From: Macrostomum hystrix
Taxonomy: Eukaryota; Animalia; Platyhelminthes
Assembly (NCBI GenBank): GCA_950097015.1
Contig: CATNEN010000037.1
Coordinates: 2,604,001 to 2,668,000, forward strand
Length of the DNA stretch: 64,000 nucleotides
Direction of reading: 5' to 3'
Both the position numbers and the translations under genes were made by a program. Positions 24,121 to 35,906 of this stretch are shown here, one piece after another; the first letter of the stretch is position 1; each line of letters begins with the position of its first letter. Under the pieces are notes generated by a model. It was not told the DNA's origin and did no database searches. It saw only the letters and a list, made by a program, of their open reading frames with translations.

Positions 24121-25317
24121 TCAAAGTCGGATCGCCATATGCAGTTTCTCTTCGGGCCGGCCCGAGTTCGAAACCTTCTCTTCTTCTCCGATGGCAGCCT
24201 CAACCAGCCCGTTTTCGGTCATCTCGGCGGCTGAGTAGCGCGGGAAGCCCGGAATATTGACGGTGACGTGGAAGCTCTCATAGTCGATGACGCACTCCCC
24301 GTTGTCGTTGTGAAGAATGTTGAGATCCTCAAATCTATGGCCCCAGCGAATCTCCGACGGCAGGTAGCTGGTTCGAGCCTCCGACGTGGCGCCGGTGGAG
24401 ACGACAACGCCATTCATGAACACCAGCAGCTCGAACTCTGCCGCGTACATTTCGCCGGCAGTCAGGTTCCAGAATGGCGACCGGCTGTCGATGCGGTGCT
24501 CGACGATGAGCGGCCAGCCAAGGAACAGTCGGGCGTCGCCACCGCCGAGGCCCATATCAACATTCTGCTGCTCCAGTTGGAGGATTTCCCCTTCGGAGGT
24601 CAGGCGTCGCCTAACCAGGACGCCGCGCACGCTGCAGTCGATGAGGTGGGAGCGGCGAGCGTCGCCCACGCGGCACAGCAGCACCAGGTGGCCGTCGCGG
24701 GTGCAGATCACGGCGCTCTTGCTGAAAAGCAGCGTGCCGGTGCGGTGCTTCGACTTGGTCAGCTTTGCTAGAACAGCGCCGGTCATGAGCGTCGAGATGA
24801 TTAGGTTGGCGTAGGACTGCAGCGTCACCAGGAGCACAGCGATCGGACACTTGTCCGACGGCGAACGCGAACCGTATCCAATGGTGATCTGAGTCTCCAT
24901 GGAAAACAGCAGCGTGGCTAAGAACGAATTGCAATTGATAAGGCAGGGCTCGAACCCTGGCGGCGGCGTGGTCATGTAGTCACCGTGCGCGTAGCTCACT
25001 GCCCACCAGAAGAAGGTGAAGAGCATCCAGCAGCCGAAGAACGCGGTAAAGAAGACGGCCAGGCAGTAGCGCCACTTCAAGTCAACCAGGGTGGTGAACA
25101 TGTCCGCCATGTAGCGCCGCTTTCGCTTGCGCACATTGCTGTGGATCACGTTGCACTTGCCATTTTTCAGCACCAGACGTTCGTAGCCTCGCTGGCGCAT
25201 GACTGCGAACTGGGATTCGCGGCGCATTGTGACAATCAGCAGTTCGACCAGTTGATAATATCTACTGCGAGTCTTTGAGGACTGGAACAAACTGGTTGCG
25301 CGAATAAATACCAACAC
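24121..25317 (-). CDS. Inward-rectifier potassium channel (Kir/IRK family), single exon
   Basis: KNGKCNV, FTTLVDLKWR, pore FSMETQITIGYGSR, KCP, LFSKSAVI, RTSYLPSEIRWGHRF. The first ATG is MRRESQF (~25228); the track start at 25317 is GTG. Confidence 0.93.
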   Translation of the reverse strand: MLVFIRATSLFQSSKTRSRYYQLVELLIVTMRRESQFAVMRQRGYERLVLKNGKCNVIHSNVRKRKRRYMADMFTTLVDLKWRYCLAVFFTAFFGCWMLFTFFWWAVSYAHGDYMTTPPPGFEPCLINCNSFLATLLFSMETQITIGYGSRSPSDKCPIAVLLVTLQSYANLIISTLMTGAVLAKLTKSKHRTGTLLFSKSAVICTRDGHLVLLCRVGDARRSHLIDCSVRGVLVRRRLTSEGEILQLEQQNVDMGLGGGDARLFLGWPLIVEHRIDSRSPFWNLTAGEMYAAEFELLVFMNGVVVSTGATSEARTSYLPSEIRWGHRFEDLNILHNDNGECVIDYESFHVTVNIPGFPRYSAAEMTENGLVEAAIGEEEKVSNSGRPEEKLHMAIRL

Positions 25318-25869
25318 CCCGCGGAGGCTGCGGTTGGCTGTCTTTATTCCTCCTCATTTCTTGCGCCACCTCAGGGGGGCGTATTGAAGTAAGCCAAACG
25401 CACCCAGTCATATATCACTGATAGTAGTAAATTCTAACTCAACGTCCACCGGCGAGTCCAAATGTGTGAGTGGTGTTTAAGTTGACGAAGCGACTACAAG
25501 GGAATGTAATTATGCATTTACGTCGATCAGATCGAGTGCGTTTCGCTTTTCCGATAAATGAGCTACGAGGAGAAAGTAATAATTAATCCTGATCATTCTA
25601 ACGACAAATAGCTCGTATCAAACAGAATTTGGGTATATCAGAGTTAAAAATGAGTTCATTTACGTATACTACTACTGTCGATTGGTAGCTATAGTAGTGG
25701 TTCTAGGAACTAAGCAAAAAAACGGCATTAAAAAACCGAAGCAAACTAAAAATAGCAGCCAATAACAGATAGGGTCGGTGAAATCTCTCTGGTGAGGGTC
25801 ATTATACAAAATAGAGCCATCGAACATAATAGACGATGAGCTATGCAAAGGCAGCGAGCAGTCAAACAA

Positions 25870-26321
25870 ATGAGCCCACCTTCAGGATCAACAACGGGGC
25901 ACTCCTTAGCTCTCGCGATATCGCTGCCAACGCTCTTTCTGGTGGCTCTATTGCTATTCGCGATCGTTTTCTGCTGGCTTCGCTGCAGAAGGTCCCGAAC
26001 TCGCGCCTGGAACCTGCTCAACGACGAGGTGAAAAGTGTAAAAGCAGTGGCCAGGTGAGCGTAGGTCAGGTAGGGGAAGTCTACAGCCCGAATCGCACTC
26101 ATTTAAACACCGAGTCCCGCCCGCCTTTTGCAGACAGCTGACAATCAGAACAGATAAGAATCGACGCAGGCTGAAGGCCTCGTCAAAGTCTCCACCAAAT
26201 GACGCCATGATTCCAATGCGACTTGTGTCCGCTGTACTGCAGCAGCTGCCTGCTGATCGAGGTTCACAATCGAGGTCTAGCCGAATAAAACCGGCCTATA
26301 TGTATCGAAAACCGGATTCTC

Positions 26322-26352
<31 letters not shown>

Positions 26353-27806
26353 ACGGGCCGAGCAACCTCGCACTGAAAGCTGGGTTGATTGCACCGATCA
26401 GAAAGAAATTAAAGGCAGGTTTGTATTTTTCGGGATTTATACACAAGTAGTGTTTGTCTGCTCTGTACGCAAGCGTATAAGTCATTGATGAAATTATGTC
26501 CATGGCTGACCCTCAGTTAAGTCTCAATACCGACACCCTCACTAGCGGCCCGAATGACACGACTAGATGACGTCCAGTTAGGGCCATTGCTGATGCCCTA
26601 ATCTTGAAACAGCTTCCATCTCATGCAGGCATGTACTGATATTTTACCATGTAAAAATACATATTCTATGATGATAACAGCAAGGCATTCTACATTTTTT
26701 GGAGCTAAAAATAGAACTAAAACACAATTGTCAGTTTATGCGAATCATAATTAAGACACTGAACAATGAAACTGTTTTTGTGCAGTGAAGCAGCCGTTTA
26801 TTGTTGCATATTGGGTGGTTGTAGTTTTTGTAGACTCCATTCAAATCCAAGATGTGACAATGACACTTCGAAACTAGGAGAGTTTCTGCTTATCTTCCAG
26901 GATTTGCGATGCTCGGCATTTTTGCGGGACTTGCCATTCCTATGCGTATGTTTCGTATTTAGTTTAGTTATTTATTTATAGTTTATATATACGATTTCTT
27001 TTAATCGTATATATAATGGTATATGTAAGAGTGGTCCTGTTTATATTGACATTACCCGAATTGCGTGATTTTCAACTGCCGGTCCTCCCGAGTCAGCAAG
27101 ATACTCTGCATCTTTTAAGGCTAAAAATCTGCCTGTTTTTGGAACTGCAACACCTTCTGCCTTTATTTAATCTGCCTCTACCGTTCCTAAAGGCACAGAC
27201 AGCGGCTTGGGTCGGATGAAGCTTGGCCTCCGCTACGATAGAAGCTGCCACATGCTGACTGTGGCTTTGCTCCAAGCTGCGGACCTGAAGTTGCCACCGC
27301 GGTCGCTGCCCACTCAGCAGGTGCAGGCGCTGCTGCAAATCCTGCCATCGCGGAGCGGCGAGAAGAGCTCCGGCATGTACGTGACTTCGCCGACGGATTT
27401 CAAAGACGGCCATCCAGTCTGGCGAGTCTTGTACAACTTTGTCGACTTCCCAGATCCCTTGAACCGATGGCGTCTACGGGTTGTAGTGCAGGCGACTTTC
27501 GAGGAGGGCAATTTGGAGGACAGCGGCGAGATCAACTTCGGCGAGATCCAGCTCGACATGGGACAGTTCGCACTGTCGCATTCGCCAACAGATTCAGTTC
27601 CATCGACTCCAACCTCGACGTCGTCGTCCGCTTCGGCAGCAGAATCGCCGCCGGAGCAACAGCAACGCCGGCGACGTTTGAAGCAGCAGCAGCAGCCAGA
27701 AGAAGTGGCAACAGAAGTGGTGTTTTGGCAGTACTTGGCACCCGCTGGTAGCAGCAGCTGCATGGAGACACCCGTAACTGAAGTACACCCAAAAGCAACA
27801 ACTTGA
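25870..27806 (+). CDS. Synaptotagmin-like N-terminal TM plus single C2-domain protein, 3 exons
   Basis: Exons 25870-26054, 26134-26418 and 27203-27806 join in frame (both introns phase 2). TM ALAISLPTLFLVALLLFAIVFCWL; C2-like GRMKLGLRYD...LTVALLQAADL...PVW...FGEIQLDM. Confidence 0.75.
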
Positions 27807-27964
27807 GGGATTAGGGAACCAACCAACCAAACCTCAATGCTCGCGTGCGAAGAACTGATTTGACTGATGAACTTTTGATTGTTCCGCCCAATCCATACCG
27901 CACATGAACTGCGAGTAAGCAAAGGACAGTCGTGCTCTTATATAAAAAATAACAGATTGCAGCT

Positions 27965-28240
27965 GCCCGAATTGGGCCAGATGTGCAGCCAGCAGCACAG
28001 ACGCAGTTATTGCGCGGCGCACCAAAAGGTTGCGTACGACAGTTCAGTCCATGGACTGGGGGAAACGCCAAACTCTTCCTAAATTTCCCGAACTAATGCT
28101 GGTAGCCATTTAACATCTGGGTGAGCTGAAGCAATGCAGAGTTAAGTGTCATGCTAAAAGACACAAATTGTTCCAGTGGAGTCTGGAATCGAACCCCCGA
28201 CCTGACAAAGTCAGGATCAGACACTCTAATCACTAGGCTA
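27965..28240 (-). mobile_element. tRNA-derived SINE family A
   Basis: Aligns with 21922-22200: CAGATGTGCAGCC, CAGTCCATGGACTGGGGG, GAGTTAAGTGTC, GGAATCGAACCC. Confidence 0.85.
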
Positions 28241-28399
28241 CTTACAAAGTAAAAATAAACATTTTTCTTAAATTGCGACTTAGCAACGCATTGCCGTCAA
28301 CCTTGACTACAATATCTACTGCGCTATCAAATGGAGTGCGAGTCGACAGAAAAAAAAGAGAAAAAGACTGGATCCGATAGACAAAAGCGGACCGGATGA

Positions 28400-28630
28400 A
28401 CTGCAGAGAGACAGACAGGGGACAGATACCAAGATACGGACAAGGAGAGATGACTGGGGGGATGAGATAAGGGGAGAGATGAGACATGGAGAGATGAGAC
28501 GGGAGAGAGATGAGACGGGAGAGAGATGAGACGGGAGAGTGATGACACCGGGTAGAGATAAGACGGGGGAGAGATGAGAAGGGGGGAGAGATAAGACGGG
28601 AGAGATGAGACTCGAGTGATGAGACAGGGG
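28400..28630. repeat. Degenerate purine-rich GAGATGAGACGGG repeat, probably part of a repeat family also present at 49550-49640
   Basis: Repeated GAGATGAGAC motifs followed by GTGTT(C/A)AA(T/A)GGG at both loci. Confidence 0.55.
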
Positions 28631-29299
28631 TGTTCAATGGGCCCGGGTTGGCTAAATTTTGGAGTTTCATGAGCCAGGGGTTGCTAATGCCTGATCTTAA
28701 AGTACCAAACAGAAAAGCGTCAGAAGTGTGCGAGGTTAAAAACTACAAAGAGACTTTATTATTTTGTACAAAAATAAAATCACTATTTTTTGTAGAAATA
28801 AAAGCAGTCACACTTGGAGGCCTTCAAGCAAACTCGAAGGCTCGAAACATATTTTTAGAAACAGCTGAGACAGCCTCACACTGGCTACAGACTGTAGCTG
28901 TAGTTGATATGCTTATGAAAAAATGTAATTCCAATGATAAAAACCTGACTAAAATACAGAGAAGCTTCAACTAGCTTCAATAGCTGCAGCAAAAAATAAA
29001 CAGCACAAAAAGCAAATCGCTTTTGATACGGGAAAACTTAGGAAATATGAAAAAATGCATTACACGTATTAAAATGCCTCGTAATCTAATCAAAGGTGCT
29101 TAAACAATTAATTTTTTCAGTAGAAATATTCGCTAAGCTAGACAATAACAAAATATATTGTACCTGAAAAACACGTTGGCCAGCATAAAAATTAGGAAAT
29201 AGAAAATAGATAAGAATTTCGAATGTCAAGACATTTTTAGAAAGTCAACAAAGAAGTTAGAAAATGAATATTAAGATTGAAGTGTTCTCAGTTCGACAA

Positions 29300-32200
29300 T
29301 CATTTGACAGCCTCAGTGCCATCACGGTTGGCAGCAAAAGCTGAGTGAAGACTGCGCAGAAGCTCAACCAGTTTACGGTCCCCCTCGGAGACGTCGGAAA
29401 GTTCTTTAGCAACCGTCGAGTTTTCCTTAGCAACCGTCGAGTTTTCCTTAGCAACCGTCGAATTTTCCTTAGCAACCGTCGAGTTTTCCTTAGCAACCGT
29501 CAAGTTTTCCTTAGCAACCATCGAGTTCTCCTTATCAACCGATGATTTCTCTTTTAAAGCAGACGAGTTTAACGTGCCATTGTAGGAATCGACCCTGGAA
29601 ACTGTTGAGGCCTTAGCAACAGTTGCATCATTGTCTTTAAAATCGTCGCTATTGGTAGGCAGACTAGCCCAGACGGCACCGACACCTGGCACGGGCTCAC
29701 GCTCAAGGAATCGCGTCATTAATTCCAACGATTTGGATACTAAAGATTTGTCAGCACCGTCAAACACGGCCCGGTACAGCCAGTAAAAGTTGCAGCCCTC
29801 CAGCCGGCCGGAGATCCTTCTCAGAGCGCCAAGGCAGCGGTGGAATTCAAAGAAGCTGAAATGATTTGCGGCAGGCACCAGCGGAGCCAGCAGAAGGTCG
29901 ATTGGCGTAGCGACGGCGGCGAGGCGGCAGTCGTCTAGTTGTTCAACGCAGCCAAGGTTGACAACGCGACCGTCAATTGACGAAAGCGAGGAGCAGGAGA
30001 TCGCTAGGTAGGCTTCGACTGCCAGGCCGGCGGCCCGCAGCAGCTTCAGGCCGAGACCGTCAGAGTCGAACATGGCCAGGACGCGCAGAGGACGAGTTGG
30101 ACTCGAAGGCTGACTGCTGGAGGCGCTGTAGGATGCTCGACAGGTAATGGGACATTTCTCACTGGAAGCATTGTGGGTCAACAGGTAGAGAAGTAGGATA
30201 TTTCCCACTGGAAGCATTGTGGATCAATAGGTAGAGAAATGGGATATTTCCCACTGGATGCATTGTGGATCAATAGGAAGAGAAATGGGATATTTCCCAC
30301 TGGAAGCATTGTGAATCAACGGGTAGATCAATGGGATATTTCCCACTGAAAGCATTGTGGATCAACGGATAGATCAATGGGATATTTCCCACTGGAAGCA
30401 TTGTGGATCAATAGGTAGAGAAATGGGATATTTCCCACTGGAAGCATTGTGAATCAACGGGTAGATCAATGGGATATTTCCCACTGAATGCATTGTGGAT
30501 CAACAGGTAGAGAAGTAGGATATTTCCCACTGGATGCATTGTGGATCAATAGGAAGAGAAATGGGATATTTCCCACTTGAAGCATTGTGAATCAACGGGT
30601 AGATCAATGGGATATTTCCCACTGAAAGCATTGTGGATCAATAGGTAGAGAAATGGGATATTTCCCACTGGAAGCATTGTGAATCAATAGGTAGAGAAAT
30701 GGGATATTTCTGACTGGAAGCATTGTGGATCAATAGGAAGAGAAATGGGATATTTCCCACTGGAAGCATTGTGGATCAACGGGTAGATCAATTGGATATT
30801 TCCCACTGAAAGCATTGTGGATCAATAGGTAGAGAAATGGGATATTTCCCACTGGAAGCATTGTGGATCAATAGGAAGAGAAATGGGATATTTCCCACTG
30901 GAAGCATTGTGGATCAACGGGTAGATCAATTGGATATTTCCCACTGAAAGCATTGTGGGTCAACAGGTAGAGAAATGGGATATCTTCCACTCAGTTTTTA
31001 CATAAAGAGACAAACTCAGGTGACTTAGGGCACCCAGTTACAAAAAATTCCAGCTGAAAAGCTTACAGTCCGACAGGCCGCAACAGGCCCGCAGCAGCCG
31101 GCTCGCACAGGTAGCAGGTCCATTTGACGGCCTCCAACTCTGAGTAAGCGGCCAGAGCCCAGGCCGCCGGGCCAATCAGGATAGTCAGGCAGGCCTGTGG
31201 ATTGGTGGCTGAGTCTTATTGAATGAAGCAGGTCGATTTTGGGCACCAGAAAGTTTACCTCAAGAATGAAGGTACACGGAGATGGCAGGTAGACGGAAGA
31301 GATTGCAGGCACAGGGAAGAGATGGCAAGTACAGGAAGGACTGTATTTTCTATGACTTCATTACTACAAAAAATCTAGCTGTCTATGACCGGAAGTAAAG
31401 CTAAAGATTAGGCGATTAAAAATAGGGTCGGCGCCGCATACCTGGCAGTAATGTAGGCCGCATTTTGAACAGGTGGCCGTCTGGAGGCCGCAGGGCAGGG
31501 CGCAGACGATGCAAACCCGTCGGCTGTCTGGGCCGCCTTCGCCAGCTTCAGTGACCCGCCTGCCGCACGGCTTGCACAGCTGGCCAACAAATTTCGGGTG
31601 CGCGATTAGCTCGCCAGCGGCGGAGGCGCAGGCCAGGCACAGAGCCGGCTGGACCGCGTCAGCGCCGGGCGGGCGATGATAGCTATGCATTAGCTGATCC
31701 GTAACGGGGCGCGAACCCGGGACCTCGCCTATGGTGCTATCGACGCCGACACCACCGTTGCCACCGTGGCCAGCGCCTTTGGTTGCCTTCTTGCGACCGC
31801 GAGCAGCGGTTGACCGGCCGGTCTTTTTCTTGGAGGTTAATCGGTTCTCCTTGACTTTGTCCAAATTAAACTCGGAGTCGCTGTCTACTGAGGCGGCATT
31901 AGTAAGGGCATTGGAAGCAGACACGGTAGTGGCAGTGGCAGCATTGGCAGTGGCAGAAGAAGCAGAAGCGACAGGCTTGGCTGAAATAACACAAGTTTTG
32001 TGATACGGGATGTGACAGATCATCTGCGCGGGATAATCAAGATAATCTTGATCTGGCCCTGGGAGTGCGGCTGCTCAGACCAATCAGGATATGGCAGTGC
32101 GGCTGCTCAGACCAATGAGGATGTGAGAGTGTGGCTGCTCACACCAATGAGGATGTGAGAGTGTGGCTGCTCAGACCAATGAGGATGTGAGAGTGTGGCT

Positions 32201-34362
32201 GCTCAGACCAATGAGGATGTGAGAGTGTGGCTGCTCAGACCAATGAGGATGTGAGAGTGTGGCTGCTCACACCAATAAGGATATGGGAGTGTGGCTGCTC
32301 ACACCAATGAGGATGTGAGAGTGTGGCTGCTCACACCAATCAGGATATAGAGCAGTGCGGCTGCTCACACCAATGAGGATGTGAGAGTGTGGCTGCTCAC
32401 ACCAATAAGGATATGGGAGTGTGGCTGCTCACACCAATGAGGATGTGAGAGTGTGGCTGCTCACACCAATCAGGATATAGAGCAGTGCGGCTGCTCACAC
32501 CAATGAGGATGTGAGAGTGTGGCTGCTCACACCAATAAGGATATGGAAGTGTGGCTGCTCACACCAATGAGGATGTGAGAGTGCGGCTGCTCAGACCAAT
32601 CAGGATATAGAGCAGTGCGGCTGCTCACACCAATGAGGATTTGAGAGTGCGGCTGCTCAGACCAATCAGGATATGGCAGTGCGGCTGCTCAGACCAATGA
32701 GGATTTGAGAGTGTGGCTGCTCACACCAATGAGGATGTGAGAGTGTGGCTGCTCACACCAATGAGGATGTGAGAGTGTGGCTGCTCACACCAATGAGGAT
32801 GTGAGAGTGTGGCTGCTCACACCAATGAGGATGTGAGAGTGCTGCTGCTCAGATCAATAAGGATATGGGAGTGTGGCTGCTCACACCAATGAGGATGTGA
32901 GAGTGTGGCTGCTCAGACCAATGAGGATGTGAGAGTGTGGCTGCTCAGACCAATGAGGATGTGGGAGTGTGGCTGCTCACACCAATGAGGATGTGAGAGT
33001 GCGGCTGCTCAGACCAATGAGGATGTGAGAGTGTGGCTGCTCACACCAATGAGGATGTGAGAGTGCTGCTGCTCAGACCAATGAGGATATGGGAGTGTGG
33101 CTGCTCAGACCAATGAGGATGTGAGAGTGCTGCTGCTCAGATCAATAAGGATATGGGAGTGTGGCTGCTCACACCAATGAGGATGTGAGAGTGTGGCTGC
33201 TCACACCAATGAGGATGTGAGAGTGTGGCTGCTCAGATCAATGAGGATATGGGAGTGTGGCTGCTCAGACCAATGAGGATGTGAGAGTGTGGCTGCTCAG
33301 ACCAATGAGGATGTGGGAGTGTGGCTGCTCACACCAATGAGGATGTGAGAGTGTGGCTGCTCAGACCAATGAGGATGTGAGTGCTGCTGCTCAGATCAAT
33401 AAGGATATGGGAGTGTGGCTGCTCACACCAATGAGGATGTGAGAGTGTGGCTGCTCACACCAATGAGGATGTGAGAGTGTGGCTGCTCACACCAATTAGG
33501 ATGTGAGAGTGTGGCTGCTCAGATCAATGAGGATATGGGAGTGTGGCTGCTCAGACCAATGAGGATATGAGAGTGTGGTCAAACCAAAGATTTGGGAATG
33601 ACAGTTAAACTTAGGCCTTAGAAACAATGGCAGGTCAGAGCACTAATAAATGAAATTATTCGAAAATTGGGCCAGCATACTCAGTAGATTGAAACTAGAC
33701 AGCCCCAATGCCTCACATGTGCCAGCTAATGCTGTGGCGGTAGGTTTACTAGTGCTTCCATGAGACGCCCTTCTGTGCCGCTCTCGCATAGCATCCAAGC
33801 ACTGCTCGGCCCAAGCTGAAATCCTGCAATGGTCGCCTCCCTCATTGACTAGAGCCACTTTGCCAGGCTCCAGTTTGGCTAGCAATTCGCGCAGTTCGCC
33901 AAGCTCAGTCTGGCTGGGCACAGCAGCGCGGCACAGCAGCTCCTCCAGTAGGCGGTCGAAGCCGCGATGCTGCAAGGAGCCGCCGCGCGCCTTCGGAACA
34001 ACTGAGGAATTCGGCAGATGGCCCCGGCCCTTCTCGCTGCACAATGGCACCAGAGATGATTTGGCAACTTCCGACACTTTTCCCTCGGCCAGCCAGAGGA
34101 GCCAGCGCCAGCCAGGTCTAGCTGGACGGAGGTGGCAGCGCCAGCCGGATACGACCATTCCGGGATAGTGGCGCGCACCCCACGGCGCCCAGGCTAGGGC
34201 GCCAAAGTCTGGTACTAGCTCATCTGGACTTGGCGACAACATGCTCTCAGTGCATTTGCCAGCCTCATTGTCTGAGCCAGAGGTGGAAGCGGAGGAGGAA
34301 GTGTCTTCATGATAGCTAGCTTTGTTTGAACGGCGACGCTTAGGCTTATTTGGCTTTGGCAT
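29300..34362 (-). CDS. DNMT3-family protein (PWWP + ADD + degenerate methyltransferase-like domain), predicted catalytically inactive, 4 exons, ~712 aa
   Basis: Exons 34362-33717, 31980-31442, 31194-31067 and 30125-29300 join in frame via GT-AG. PWWP-like WAPWGARHYPGMVV..RWLLWLAEGK; ADD CLAC..HPKFVGQLCKPC..CIVC..CSKC..CQAC..ILIGP..WTCYLC; MTase-like PLRVLAMFD..FFEFHR..FYWL..RFLEREPV..VWASLP. Additional 5' exons are possible. Confidence 0.9.
29400..29540 (-). repeat. Coding 21-bp minisatellite (VAKENST)n, ~6 copies, in the DNMT3-like C-terminal tail
   Basis: Unit TTAGCAACCGTCGAGTTTTCC on the + strand, in frame within the last exon. Confidence 0.9.
30150..30992. repeat. 46-bp minisatellite, ~18 copies, filling DNMT3-like intron 3
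   Basis: Unit GGGATATTTCCCACTGGAAGCATTGTGGATCAATAGGTAGAGAAAT; period 46 (30196 to 30242). Confidence 0.95.
32080..33578. repeat. 32-bp minisatellite, ~47 copies, each with a CCAAT box, in DNMT3-like intron 1
   Basis: Unit GTGTGGCTGCTCA(G/C)ACCAATGAGGATGTGAGA; period 32. Confidence 0.95.
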
Positions 34363-35234
34363 TTTGTTTGCCTTCTAAAAATTAAAAGTAAGCTAGAATT
34401 ATAATAATTGAGCATAAATTTATACCTGACAAACAAAAAATAACCCTGATAAGTACACATAACAAAGGAATTTTTACGGCATACATGTATACCATCCAGA
34501 GTCTGGTGCTGAAGATACTTAATTTGACAATGGGGAAAGTGGACAGGTATTAAATAGGGAAATTGCTAGACTGTCAGCAAAGGGGGTCTTCTTAAGTTTA
34601 GGAAAATCTTTTTGTGAGGCCAGTTATTAGTTTAAGTTTTCAACATTTGCTAATATGCGGATATTTACTTAACTGGCATAATATCAGTTTGCTATATTAA
34701 TAAAATAATTAGCAAGCTAACAAGGTAAGATTTGCTTTTTAATAAGTAAGGGTAATAATTGATAGTTTGCAAACAGGGGATAAACTACACTATAAGGTTT
34801 CTAATGTTTGCTAATTTGCCAAGTGGTGAAGACAGTAGGATAAGTTTTCTAAAAATGACTTATTTTTAAGCTAACAAGCTTTGAAAAATGGCAAAATTAG
34901 GTTTCTTAATTACAAAGTTTCTAAACTCTTATTACCTGAAAGTTAGACTATGGATAAAAGCAATAGGCCTAGGGAGACTAGGCCTACAATTTCATTAAAA
35001 ACAATTTTGAAAATCATTGATACAAGCTAAAATAAGCATTAAACAAAGTTTGGCGCACAGAATACACCAGAATGCTCAATCAAGCTCCCTGCAAAAAAAA
35101 TTTCAGCAAAAACGATTTGCTAGTCTACGCTACTTCTAAGGTGAAGTGATTTGCCAGTAGTGCTGGCTTTTTTATCAACCTGAGTATATTGAGATCGATT
35201 TTGCCATAGACTATGTTTCTCGCTTGTCTTTCCT

Positions 35235-35447
35235 TCCATCTTAGAAATTGCTGTGTACCAGGAACACGGATTGCTTTCTTCTCCAACTGCTTCTGGTATG
35301 GCTAAGTTCTATGAGCAAGTTGACAAGCTTTTTGACCTTGCCAATAATGTAGCACCATTCAAGGCCATTACAGCTGAGAACCTGCAGGCAAAAAGTCAAG
35401 AAATTGATTATTGGATCGTCTGGCTGAACTCTCTGAGGTTCCAGTAC
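35235..35447 (+). pseudogene. P-element/THAP9-type transposase fragment
   Basis: ASGMAKFYEQVDKLFDLANN...K.ITAENL...WLNSLRF resembles the TA.F....D.LFD..N segment of P-element transposases, and it lies inside P-type TIRs. Confidence 0.65.
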
Positions 35448-35449
35448 AG

Positions 35450-35906
35450 CTCCCAAAGCATTGGCTGGGTACAGGTGGCGCCAGAGAAATTCCTCCAGGT
35501 GGGTTTTGAAGAGTCCAGCCGAGGTTCTGTGCATGGACCTGAACTTTGCCTTTGCATGGGCCCAGGTCCCCTCAATGGTGTTTGTGTGCACTGTACTGTC
35601 CAGTGGGTCAACAAAGTGCAGCCTATGATTGACAACAGCATGGTTTGCCAGGCCAGCGTATGCAAGCCAGCCATCTGTGAGGATGCAGCTGCCAGGTAGG
35701 ACATGCCACTGGATGATTGGCATCAGGGTAGCAGCGGACCGGTCTGCAACAATTACAATCATGCACTTCTTTGTCTGATGCTCGACCATCCCAAAGACCC
35801 AATGGCCCTCTCGCCAGGCCCCCCGGTGGTACTTGCGGTGCATGAACTTTGACTCATCGATCTCTACATCGATACCCGGTCGACCTAGCTGAATTGGATA
35901 ATCCAC
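35450..35906 (-). pseudogene. Merlin/IS1595-family transposase catalytic-domain fragment
   Basis: VEIDESKFMHRKYHRG..WVFGMVE..TDGWLAY..VNH..FVD..HTNTIEGTW..EEFLWR; the D, D and E positions are all present; no N-terminal region. Confidence 0.9.

Noticed and set aside
24219-25278. Antisense and alternate-frame ORFs over Kir (likewise over the CNG, FN3-TM, C2, PWWP and UGCG exons)
   Set aside because: These are expected shadow ORFs of GC-rich coding sequence with no independent motifs.
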